The translations under genes and the position numbers were made by a program. Below are positions 6,977 to 16,083 of a stretch of DNA of 25,741 nucleotides, piece after piece. The notes beneath the pieces were generated by a model, which was not told the DNA's origin, did not search any database, and worked only from the letters and a program-made list of their open reading frames with translations. Within the stretch, counting starts at the first letter, position 1; each line of letters opens with the position of its first letter. Source of the DNA: a virus (taxonomy: Duplodnaviria > Caudoviricetes); the IMG/VR virus record IMGVR_UViG_3300033141_000111, positions 1 to 25,741 of that record, one strand, 5' to 3'.

Positions 6977-8434
6977 ATGGGAATTTTAAATCCACAATTT
7001 GGTACAATAGTTCCATCGCAGGTACAACAAACTCTTGCGAGTAACTATTTGACTTTTGACGGCGCTGCTGGTGGAAATTTCGCACAACAATACTTACCTG
7101 AGCTTTATGAGCAGGAAGTTGAAAGATATGGTAATAGAACTTTATCTGGATTCTTAAGAATGGTTGGTGCTGAATTACCAATGACGTCTGACCAAGTAAT
7201 CTGGTCTGAACAAAATAGATTACATATTGCATATGATAACTGTGCTAACGGTGGTGCTGCGAATACAATTACTATTCCAGTTGCTGCAGATATTAACAAC
7301 GTTGTTTCACCACAACAAACTATTGTCGTAATGGATGATTTTGGTGGTGAGTCAAAATGTTTAGTTGTTGATTCTGATTTAAGAACAGCTGCTGGGGGTG
7401 GTACTGGTGTACTTAATGTATTACCTTACGGTTCTGCTAGTTTAGCTACTGAAGGTCTTGTAGGTAACGTAAAGATATTTGTTTACGGTTCTGAATATCC
7501 AAAAGGAACAAACACTACAATCGCTCCTTCTGCTGCTGGTGTAGCTGTTGCTGGTAATGATTATCCAATCGCTACAGTAACTCCTGACTTTACTCAGTTT
7601 TCTAACAAGCCAATCATTATTAGAAGCCAATATTCAATCAATGGTTCTGACACTGCTCAGATCGGTTGGGTAGAAGTTGCTACTGAAGATGGTACTTCTG
7701 GATATTTATGGTATTTAAAAGCTGAGTCTGAAACAAGACTTAGATTTGAAGACTACCTAGAAATGTCTGTTGTAGAAGGTGAGCAAGTTGGTGCTGGTTC
7801 TGCTATTGCAAACGTAACAGGTACTGAAGGTTTATTTGCTGCTATTGAAGATAGAGGTAATGTACAAGTTGGATTCTCTGCTGGAACAGGTATTAGTGAC
7901 TTTGATGATATTCTTAGAAACTTAGATACTCAAGGAGCAATTGAAGAAAACATGTTATTCTTAAACAGAAATACTAATCTTGATTTTGATGACATGCTAG
8001 CTTCTATATCTTATGGAAATGCTGGTGGTACTGCTTTCGGTTTATTCGAAAACTCTGAGGAAATGGCATTAAATTTAGGTTTCTCTGGATTCAGAAGAGG
8101 TTCTTATGACTTCTACAAAACTGACTGGAAATACTTAAACGATGCTTCAACTCGTGGTGCTATGAGTGGACCTGCTTCTATTGAAGGTGTATTAGTTCCT
8201 GCTGGAACAAGTACAGTTTACGATCAGATTTTAGGTACTAACATTAGACGTCCTTTCTTACACGTAAGATATAGAGCGTCACAAGCTGATGATAGACGTA
8301 TGAAGTCTTGGTTAACTGGATCTGTTGGTGGAGCTTTCACTAGCGATTTAGATGCTATGACTGTAAACTTCTTATCTGAAAGATGTTTAGTAACTCAGGC
8401 TGCTAATAACTTTGTATTATTCAAAGGAGTGTAA
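6977..8434 (+). CDS. Major capsid protein (485 aa)
   Basis: Follows the scaffold-like gene, shows high-expression codon bias (TTC/AAC/TAC/GGT/GCT) and is followed by a strong hairpin. Motifs WSEQNRLH, FSNKPIIIRSQYSINGSD, TGTEGLFAAIEDRGN. Confidence 0.85.
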   Translation: MGILNPQFGTIVPSQVQQTLASNYLTFDGAAGGNFAQQYLPELYEQEVERYGNRTLSGFLRMVGAELPMTSDQVIWSEQNRLHIAYDNCANGGAANTITIPVAADINNVVSPQQTIVVMDDFGGESKCLVVDSDLRTAAGGGTGVLNVLPYGSASLATEGLVGNVKIFVYGSEYPKGTNTTIAPSAAGVAVAGNDYPIATVTPDFTQFSNKPIIIRSQYSINGSDTAQIGWVEVATEDGTSGYLWYLKAESETRLRFEDYLEMSVVEGEQVGAGSAIANVTGTEGLFAAIEDRGNVQVGFSAGTGISDFDDILRNLDTQGAIEENMLFLNRNTNLDFDDMLASISYGNAGGTAFGLFENSEEMALNLGFSGFRRGSYDFYKTDWKYLNDASTRGAMSGPASIEGVLVPAGTSTVYDQILGTNIRRPFLHVRYRASQADDRRMKSWLTGSVGGAFTSDLDAMTVNFLSERCLVTQAANNFVLFKGV

Positions 8435-8456
8435 TTACTCAATACTAATGTAATTT

Positions 8457-8494
8457 TTACCCTCGTTATATTAACGGGGGTAATTATTACTTTT
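8457..8494 (+). terminator. Probable intrinsic terminator after the capsid gene
   Basis: Stem TACCCTCGTTA (8458-8468) / TAACGGGGGTA (8472-8482), loop TAT, followed by T-rich ATTATTACTTTT. Confidence 0.7.
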
Positions 8495-8519
8495 ATAAAC
8501 TATTTAATTATATTATATT

Positions 8520-9338
8520 ATGGCTAAAAAAGCTAAAGCAGAAGCTGTTGAGGTTGCACCTCAAGAGGTTGCGGTAAAAACTGCACCTCCAAAACCCACG
8601 AAACCAGAGTGGGAAATAAAACCTAGAACATATATTATTAAAGGAAATAAACAACCTTTAACAATGACTATTCCAGGTAAACATACAAGAAAAAGTCCTT
8701 TATTGTATTTTGATCCAAAATCAAATTCACAAAGAGAACTAAGATACGCTACTAATATGAACAGTCCTTTTGTTGATGAACAAAAAGGAGAAGTTACATT
8801 AGGGCATATTACCTTTAGAGATGGAGTGCTATCGGTTCCACAAGAGAATCAAATTTTACAAAAATTATTAAGTTTATATCACCCATTAAAAGGTAAAAAA
8901 TACTATGAGTTTGACGCTGTTATAGAAGCAGAAGATGATTTAGATATTATTGAAATGGAAATAGCAGCATTAAATGCAGCTCAATCAATGGACGTTGATC
9001 AAGCAGAAGCTATATTAAGAGTTGAAAAAGGTAGTGCTGTTTCTAATATGAAATCTAAAGAACTCAAAAGAGATTTATTATTATTCGCTAAACGCAAACC
9101 AGGTTTATTTTTAAACCTAGCTAATGATGAGAATGTTCAATTAAGAAACTTTGGTATAAAAGCAATTGAAGCCAGAATAATTAATTTATCTCAAGATCAA
9201 AGAACTTTTCACTGGGGCTCAAATGATAGAAAATTATTTACAGTACCATTTGATGAAAACCCATACTCAGCTTTAGCCGCTTGGTTTAAAACTGATGAAG
9301 GTGTAGAAGTTTATAAATCTATAGAAAAAAGAATATAA
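8520..9338 (+). CDS. Hypothetical phage protein following the capsid gene (272 aa)
   Basis: Long ORF with a TATATTATATT leader. K/A/P/E-rich N-terminal arm followed by a globular/helical region. Confidence 0.8.
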   Translation: MAKKAKAEAVEVAPQEVAVKTAPPKPTKPEWEIKPRTYIIKGNKQPLTMTIPGKHTRKSPLLYFDPKSNSQRELRYATNMNSPFVDEQKGEVTLGHITFRDGVLSVPQENQILQKLLSLYHPLKGKKYYEFDAVIEAEDDLDIIEMEIAALNAAQSMDVDQAEAILRVEKGSAVSNMKSKELKRDLLLFAKRKPGLFLNLANDENVQLRNFGIKAIEARIINLSQDQRTFHWGSNDRKLFTVPFDENPYSALAAWFKTDEGVEVYKSIEKRI

Positions 9339-9350
9339 ACAAGTGATACT

Positions 9351-9391
9351 AATATATTAGGGTGTCACCAATAGTGATACCCTAGTGTATT
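9351..9391 (+). terminator. Long intergenic hairpin (terminator, processing or translational control element)
   Basis: 18-bp stem 9351-9368 / 9374-9391 with 3 G-U pairs and loop CAATA. The U-tract is weak and the stem ends 15 nt before ATG 9407. Confidence 0.5.
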
Positions 9392-9406
9392 ATAATTTAA
9401 ATAAGT

Positions 9407-10222
9407 ATGGCTATAAACGTAAACACTGTATATCAAACAGTCCTGTCTATATTAAACAAAGAGCAGAGAGGTTATCTAACTCCAGCAGAATTTAACAAAG
9501 TAGGTGGTCAAGTACAATTAGAAATATTTGAAAAATACTTTGAAGATTTAAATCAACAGTTGAGAGTTCCTCAGGCAGATGCAGATTATTCAGACAGAAT
9601 AATGAATCTTGATGAGAAATTAGCTATATTTAAAACATTTGGTAATGCGTCTTACGACACAGTGAGCACACCCGGGTTAGAATATTTCACACTACCAAAA
9701 ATAGATGCTTATGGTGCTACTGTTGATTTTTATAGACTTGGTACTGTGATATACACTGATGATAGAGGTAATCAAATAGAACTTCAAAGATTATCTAGAA
9801 CAGATTTCTACAACATAGAAAGATCTCCACTAACAAAAGCAACAAAAAGTTTTCCTACATATTTATATGAGAATAGAGGTAATCAAAATACTTCAGGATC
9901 AAGTTTAGATGATCATTTACAAAACATCTTATTTGTCAATCCTACTAGTATTACTAGCAATATTACAGTGGATTATATTAGAAAACCTGTTAGTCCTATA
10001 TGGGGTTTTTCAACAGGTAGTGCAGGTCAATATATATATAAAGATTCTTTTTATGATCCTGCAACTGGCTTAGGTTCAAGAAATTTTGAACTACATGAAT
10101 CAGAACAAACAAATGTTATATTAAGAATATTGGCTTATTCTGGAATAATAATAGAAGATCCTGCTATAATACAGGTAGCTAGTCAACAAGTTCAAGGTAA
10201 AGAAGTAAATAAAAAAAGTTAA
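9407..10222 (+). CDS. Putative head-tail adaptor or tail tubular ring protein (271 aa)
   Basis: N-terminus NKEQRGYLTPAEFN, ITVDYIRKP and ELHESEQTNVILRIL resemble ring/adaptor proteins. Position in the tail module supports this. Confidence 0.55.
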   Translation: MAINVNTVYQTVLSILNKEQRGYLTPAEFNKVGGQVQLEIFEKYFEDLNQQLRVPQADADYSDRIMNLDEKLAIFKTFGNASYDTVSTPGLEYFTLPKIDAYGATVDFYRLGTVIYTDDRGNQIELQRLSRTDFYNIERSPLTKATKSFPTYLYENRGNQNTSGSSLDDHLQNILFVNPTSITSNITVDYIRKPVSPIWGFSTGSAGQYIYKDSFYDPATGLGSRNFELHESEQTNVILRILAYSGIIIEDPAIIQVASQQVQGKEVNKKS

Positions 10223-10225
10223 TAA

Positions 10226-11449
10226 ATGGCAGTTATAAATGAAACCAATCAGCAGTATTACGCAGGCGCACAAGGCTTTGTAGTTAAAGAACTTTTAGGT
10301 GAAACTGATTTTACTTTTACCTTTGATACAGATTTAATATTTGGATCTTTTGATCCTACAGATATTAACTATCAAAAAAATAATTTTAAATTATATTCTA
10401 GTATTGATGGATTGACATATAATGAATATACAAACTCTTACACTGTAACTGGTAACACTATTTCATTAGGAGTAGCATTACCATTTGAACATGTTTTAGT
10501 TTGTCAATTAAAAAGATTAGATGGTGGAAGTTATGGTAATAGAGATGCTTACGGTTCTACTACAGAACAAAACTATGGAAGTTATGAATATATAACTTTA
10601 AATGATGTAGTTAATAATTTTATAGTAGCATATGTAGGAGCAGGTAAATTAATACCTAGTGTTAAAAGAACTGACTTAATATTCCATGCGAAAAGAGCAT
10701 TGCAAGAATTTAGTTACGATACACTTAAGAGTATAAAATCTCAAGAGCTAACTATACCACCAAGTTTAAGTGTAGTAATACCTCAAGATTACGTAAACTA
10801 TGTACGTATGTCTTGGATAGATATGCAAGGAGTACAAAGAATTATATATCCAGCTAATAACTTAACAGACTCACCCTATAGAACTCCAATACAAGATGGC
10901 GAAGGAGTACCAACACAAGATAATTTTGGAGAAAATTTACAAGGAACTTCTATAACAGAAGAAAGATGGAGAAATAATAATCCTAGTTTAATAAACCAAG
11001 AGTTTAACCAAGGTCAATACAATGCTGGTTTAGATTGGTGGGGCTATGATTGGGGTTATGGAGGTATGTGGTTTTGGGGTTACGGACAGTTGTATGGAAA
11101 TGATCCTCAATATTCTCAAGTAAACGGTTGGTTTAACATGAATGAAAGAGAAGGTAAAATATCTTTTTCTAGTAATTTAGTTGGAAGATTAATAATACTA
11201 GAATATATATCAGACGGCTTAGCATATGATATGGATAGTAGAGTTCCAAAATTAGCTGAAGCTGCTATATACGCTTATTTATCTCACGCTGTATTAGCGA
11301 GTAGAATTAATCAACCAGAGTATATCATACAAAGATTGAAAAGAGAAGCAAGTGCTAAATTAAGAAATGCTAAAATAAGATTATCTAATATTAAACTTGA
11401 TGAGATAGTACAAGTAATGAGAGGTAAATCTAAATGGATAAAACACTAA
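10226..11449 (+). CDS. Putative tail tubular or ring structural protein (407 aa)
   Basis: Motifs VIPQDYVNYVRMSW, IILEYISDGL, VPKLAEAAIYAY and LRNAKIRLSN. Precedes the nozzle gene. Confidence 0.6.
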   Translation: MAVINETNQQYYAGAQGFVVKELLGETDFTFTFDTDLIFGSFDPTDINYQKNNFKLYSSIDGLTYNEYTNSYTVTGNTISLGVALPFEHVLVCQLKRLDGGSYGNRDAYGSTTEQNYGSYEYITLNDVVNNFIVAYVGAGKLIPSVKRTDLIFHAKRALQEFSYDTLKSIKSQELTIPPSLSVVIPQDYVNYVRMSWIDMQGVQRIIYPANNLTDSPYRTPIQDGEGVPTQDNFGENLQGTSITEERWRNNNPSLINQEFNQGQYNAGLDWWGYDWGYGGMWFWGYGQLYGNDPQYSQVNGWFNMNEREGKISFSSNLVGRLIILEYISDGLAYDMDSRVPKLAEAAIYAYLSHAVLASRINQPEYIIQRLKREASAKLRNAKIRLSNIKLDEIVQVMRGKSKWIKH

Positions 11450-11455
11450 AATTAA

Positions 11456-14400
11456 ATGGCGGAATTTAAAAATGTTTTTATAAAGTCTAAAATGAACAAA
11501 GATCTTGATGATCGTTTGTTACCACAAGGCGAATATAGAAACGCAGTAAATATACAAGTCAGTAAATCCGAGTCTTCAGATGTTGGTGCGCTAGAAAATG
11601 TTTTAGGTAATGATAAGATAATTAGTTTTGAAACAGTAACAGGTGAAGATGATGTAATTTGTGTAGGTTACCTAGTTTCAGAAGTAAACTCTAGTGTTTA
11701 TTTTTTCCTTACATCAAACACATTAGATAGTAATCCAAACGGAGTTTATGCGCCTGGTGCTACAAATTTTATTATTGAATCTATAATATCTCAAGGCGTA
11801 GCAACAACTAATACTATATTAGTAGAAGGAGCTTTTTTAAATTTTTGGGAAGGTTCACCTATATATGGAGTTAACTTATTAGAAGATTTATTATTTTTTA
11901 CTGATAATAGAAATCAACCTAGAAAAATTAATATTAGTTTTGCTAGAGATGATTCTACTTATTACACAATAGAAGATACTATAAGTGTAGCTAAATACAT
12001 GCCTTATAAAGCACCTGTGTTATGGCAAGAAATTACACAAAAAGTTATTGACGATAGTGGTACTCCTGCTGATTTAACACCGGCTTTAGGTGAATACCAA
12101 ACAACTATGCAAGATGTTGTTAGTGAATTTTTACCTGACGGCACTACACCTAATCCATATGAAGATCCCTTATATCAAGGTGATCCTGATTATTTAGAAG
12201 ATAAATTTGTTAGATTTAGTTATAGATTTAAATTTGATGATGGAGAATATTCTGTATTTGCTCCTTTTACTCAAGAGTGTTTTATACCTCAACAAGATGG
12301 TTATTTTTTATTTAATCCATCAGGAACTGACAATGATGATAACGACATGTCAGCTGCTTATAGAAGCACGATAGTTGATTTTATGGAAAACAAAGTTAAT
12401 CAGTTGACTTTGTTAATTGAAATGCCTGAAAATCAAGACCCAGCTTTTCCAGGTACAAGATTATCTAATGTTACAGACTATTTTAAAATAACAGAGTTAG
12501 AAATATTATTTAAAGAATCTGATAGTGCGGCTGTTTTGGTTGTAGATACAATACCTGCTAGTCAGATAATTGCACAATATGATCCAACAGGTTTGGGTAA
12601 TACATATTTATATAAATACTCTGGTACAAAACCATTTAGAACTTTACCTGAAAGTCAATTAGTTAGAGTTTATGATAAAGTACCAGTAAAAGCTTTAGGT
12701 CAAGAAGTAATAAGCAACAGAGTTGTATATAGTAATTTTCAAACTAGACACACTCCACCAGCTGGTATTGATTACAATGTTGGTGCTGGTCCTAAACTAC
12801 CTTTTGATGTTAGTACTCCAGCAACTTCTGTTTCTTGGAACACAAGCATTGTTGAATATCCTAATAGCACTTTAAAACAAAATAGAAATTATCAAGCTGG
12901 TTTTGTATTATCTGATAGGTTTGGTAGAACAACTTCAACGTTGCTTTCAAATCAAGCAACTGTTTCAGCATCTACTGCATCACAGTTATCCACAGTTTAT
13001 TCTGCTTATAATTTAGATCCTGCAGATGGTGGTCCAGATATAGGACAATGGCCAGGAGATGCTTTATTTGTTCAGGTTAATGATACAATTAGTGAAACAC
13101 CTATTGCTCAAACTTTATACCCAGGTACTTACAAGGGAGATCCAACGCAATCAGATTATAATCCTTTAGGATTTTATTCTTGGAAAGTTGTAGTAAAACA
13201 ACAAGAACAAGATTATTATAATGTTTATTTACCTGGTATATTAGCTTCATATCCTGACGATCCAACAAAAGAATTAGGTTTAACATCGCATATAGTATTG
13301 TTAAATGACAATATAAATAAAGTTCCAAGAGATTTAAGTGAGGTTGGTCCTGATCAAAAACAATTTAGAAGCTCTGTACAGTTATTTGGTAGAGTGGAAA
13401 ATACAAATCAAACACCAGCTGGAACACCATCAACTGATTTCGGCGTTGTTAATCAACAATATTATCCTTCTAGATTTTCAGATACAGTATCTACAATATC
13501 TACTGAATTTGAACTTTTCAATGTAGGTTCCGCAGGTCCCACAGGCGAACAAGAGGCTTCTTTTTATGAAGTAGAATCAAACCCATTAATAGCTAGAATT
13601 AGCACAACTAATCAAATAGGTCAAATAGAACCAACATCGGGTGGTGGTACTTATTCTATTTTTAATTTAGCAGTGTATGAGACAGAGCCTACAGAATCAA
13701 GATTAGATATATATTGGGAAACAAGTACAACAGGTACTATAGATGATTTAAATGAACAAGTTGAAGAAACTGGGGGCCAAACTATATTTCAAACTGTAAA
13801 CTTCAGTTTTGAGTTTAATGAATTTTTTGGAATATTTGATCCTGCAGTAACAGGTGCTTGGAATCCAGCTGTACAAGGAACACCAGAACAACCAGGTCCA
13901 ACATATCCTTCATGTACACCAGTGCCTTCAAATGGTGAGTGTGGTAGATTTAGAAATGTTTTAGCTGGTCCTTTTTGGTTTGAAGATACAACTTCAACTG
14001 CAATTGTAGATGTTATAGTTGAAGGATTTACAGTAACTGATGGAGCAGGTGTAGATGTAACAGCGGATTTTGAAATACTTCAAATATACGGAACATCGTC
14101 ATCAACGCCTGGTCCAGGTAACTATATAAAATATGATGGAACAACTGTTCCAACTGTTGCGTATGCACATGATTCTTTTTTATTAGTAAATAAATCATAT
14201 AGATTATGGCAAACAAGCACTCCTAACTCTCAAGAGTTTGATATAGAACTACAGGTTAGTGACGCAAGTGTGCCATCACCTAGACCTATTAAAGTATTTA
14301 CGTACACTCCACTAGCCAATGGAACTGAATTAGATAATTTAGATACAATTTTTGTAGGTGGTGAAAGCTTTGGTAGTGTACCACAACAGTGGGGTCAAAA

Positions 14401-16048
14401 CCCATCTGCAAGTACACCATCGCCTCCTATTTTAGATTACGCAAAAGTTTGTCCACCTTCTCAAGTAATTGTTGATTTTGGAACATTAGGAGTTTTAGTA
14501 AAACTATACGCTATGAATGGTGCTAATTATGGTGATCCACCATCGGTTCCATTAAGTGAAAATCAATTTGGATTACAATTTAGTTTTATTACAGTAACGC
14601 AAGGTGGAGTTGCATCAACAGCTTTTCAAATAGATCCAGCAAGTGGTGAAATAACTGAAACATCCCCAGGTAGTGCAACGGGTAGATATGATATAAGAGT
14701 ACAAGTTACAGGTACTGACGGTACTTTTGATATATGTTTATTTTCTTTAGTTATAGGTGTACCTCCAGCAGATGGTTCTTTTACATCAGGAGGAACAAGT
14801 TTAAATTTATTGTTTTATGATAGTGCATATGTTTTTAGTTTACACAATGATATTTCTGTTGCTTATAACCAATTAAATAACGTTGGTTATCCCGGTATAT
14901 ATCCTAATGTTCTTAGTTTAGCATCTACTGGTTCGTTTAATAATTTCATTAACAACACGTCTTGTAATAGTTATACTTCGGGTGTTGGTGGTCCTCAAAC
15001 TCTTGAAAGTCGTCAACTACCTTCATCTGGTACTGTTGGTGCAATAACTCAAGGAACAGGTTATATATGGTTGGATGTAGAAATTAATAGTAGTGGCTTT
15101 GGAGCATTTGGTTCTTACAATAGTTGTGATATATCTTGGGCTATAGAATATAGACCAATTGGTACGCCTACGTGGAGAGCTGCGGTTGATATTGAAGGAA
15201 ACATATTATCTTTTAATAGTCTTTTGTCTGGACCATCTCCAACTAATCCTATACAGTCTAACACAGCTCATATTGGGGCTTTAGCGAATAATTCTAGTTC
15301 TTCTGGAATGGATCAAAATTTTGGTGCTGCAACAACGTCAATTGGAACTGTAGGTGCACCAAATAATAACTTTATAAGAATGACATCGCAGAGAGGAAAT
15401 ACTTCTTCGGCTCCATCTTCAACAGCTGTTATGAGTAAATTTGTAGCTGTTGGAAATAGTCCAACATATGGTTTACCAGCTGCTTATGGAGAATATAGAG
15501 TTGTTATACAAACTATAGGTGGTGATTGTCTCACGTGTCAAGGATGTGGTTCTACTGGACCAAAAGCTATTTCTTCTTCCAATCCGTTTGTAGGAGAATT
15601 AAAACATGGAGATTTCTTCTATGATTTAGGAACACAAAGAGCTTTTTCTTATCTAGTATGTACTGAAAAATTTGCAACTGAATCAGCTGCTCTTGCGTTT
15701 AATGGCCTCGGACTAACAACACAAACTTTATACGCTAGAGAACCAGTATGTAGATATGTAAGTACATTTTTTACAGATCCTGCTTTAACAACACCGTATG
15801 TAGCTTGGACTAACCCAGCTAATAGCTTTGTAGCATATAACGCTGGAAGTAATGCTGGTGCTACTTGGACTACTCCATTAGGTGGTGCTGCTTCTACAAC
15901 AATCACTAAAGATTTAGCAAAAGCCGCTGAAGGTGCTCAATTAGATGGAGCAAATTCATCTACTACTCAATCATTTAGAAGATGGGCTTGTCAAGTTAAT
16001 TCTGCTACAGGAACAAAAGTAGCTGGTACATCTGTATATAATGACTAA
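11456..16048 (+). CDS. Tail nozzle or 'stabilization protein' N-terminal part with long variable C-terminal extension (1530 aa)
   Basis: Start KMNKDLDDRLLPQGEYRNAVNI...VGALENVLGN, then LFFTDNRNQPRKINI and FSYRFKFDDGEYSVFAPFTQ, resembling crAss-like/Bacteroidota phage stabilization proteins. The sequence is G/S/T/P-rich after about 13750. Confidence 0.7.
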   Translation: MAEFKNVFIKSKMNKDLDDRLLPQGEYRNAVNIQVSKSESSDVGALENVLGNDKIISFETVTGEDDVICVGYLVSEVNSSVYFFLTSNTLDSNPNGVYAPGATNFIIESIISQGVATTNTILVEGAFLNFWEGSPIYGVNLLEDLLFFTDNRNQPRKINISFARDDSTYYTIEDTISVAKYMPYKAPVLWQEITQKVIDDSGTPADLTPALGEYQTTMQDVVSEFLPDGTTPNPYEDPLYQGDPDYLEDKFVRFSYRFKFDDGEYSVFAPFTQECFIPQQDGYFLFNPSGTDNDDNDMSAAYRSTIVDFMENKVNQLTLLIEMPENQDPAFPGTRLSNVTDYFKITELEILFKESDSAAVLVVDTIPASQIIAQYDPTGLGNTYLYKYSGTKPFRTLPESQLVRVYDKVPVKALGQEVISNRVVYSNFQTRHTPPAGIDYNVGAGPKLPFDVSTPATSVSWNTSIVEYPNSTLKQNRNYQAGFVLSDRFGRTTSTLLSNQATVSASTASQLSTVYSAYNLDPADGGPDIGQWPGDALFVQVNDTISETPIAQTLYPGTYKGDPTQSDYNPLGFYSWKVVVKQQEQDYYNVYLPGILASYPDDPTKELGLTSHIVLLNDNINKVPRDLSEVGPDQKQFRSSVQLFGRVENTNQTPAGTPSTDFGVVNQQYYPSRFSDTVSTISTEFELFNVGSAGPTGEQEASFYEVESNPLIARISTTNQIGQIEPTSGGGTYSIFNLAVYETEPTESRLDIYWETSTTGTIDDLNEQVEETGGQTIFQTVNFSFEFNEFFGIFDPAVTGAWNPAVQGTPEQPGPTYPSCTPVPSNGECGRFRNVLAGPFWFEDTTSTAIVDVIVEGFTVTDGAGVDVTADFEILQIYGTSSSTPGPGNYIKYDGTTVPTVAYAHDSFLLVNKSYRLWQTSTPNSQEFDIELQVSDASVPSPRPIKVFTYTPLANGTELDNLDTIFVGGESFGSVPQQWGQNPSASTPSPPILDYAKVCPPSQVIVDFGTLGVLVKLYAMNGANYGDPPSVPLSENQFGLQFSFITVTQGGVASTAFQIDPASGEITETSPGSATGRYDIRVQVTGTDGTFDICLFSLVIGVPPADGSFTSGGTSLNLLFYDSAYVFSLHNDISVAYNQLNNVGYPGIYPNVLSLASTGSFNNFINNTSCNSYTSGVGGPQTLESRQLPSSGTVGAITQGTGYIWLDVEINSSGFGAFGSYNSCDISWAIEYRPIGTPTWRAAVDIEGNILSFNSLLSGPSPTNPIQSNTAHIGALANNSSSSGMDQNFGAATTSIGTVGAPNNNFIRMTSQRGNTSSAPSSTAVMSKFVAVGNSPTYGLPAAYGEYRVVIQTIGGDCLTCQGCGSTGPKAISSSNPFVGELKHGDFFYDLGTQRAFSYLVCTEKFATESAALAFNGLGLTTQTLYAREPVCRYVSTFFTDPALTTPYVAWTNPANSFVAYNAGSNAGATWTTPLGGAASTTITKDLAKAAEGAQLDGANSSTTQSFRRWACQVNSATGTKVAGTSVYND

Positions 16049-16083
16049 GTAAAGCGTAGTTAAAACATGTAATCTAATATATA

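Noticed and set aside
6975-7630. Three minus-strand ORFs within the capsid gene
   Set aside because: Expected by-products of the biased codon usage of a highly expressed gene.
13101-14216. Alternative-frame ORFs in the nozzle gene, including +1-frame 13338-13526
   Set aside because: L/I/Q-rich off-frame composition with no shift in host codon usage. Consistent with chance.
15649-15906. Minus-strand 85-aa ORF
   Set aside because: Antisense mirror of an A/T/G-rich coding region.
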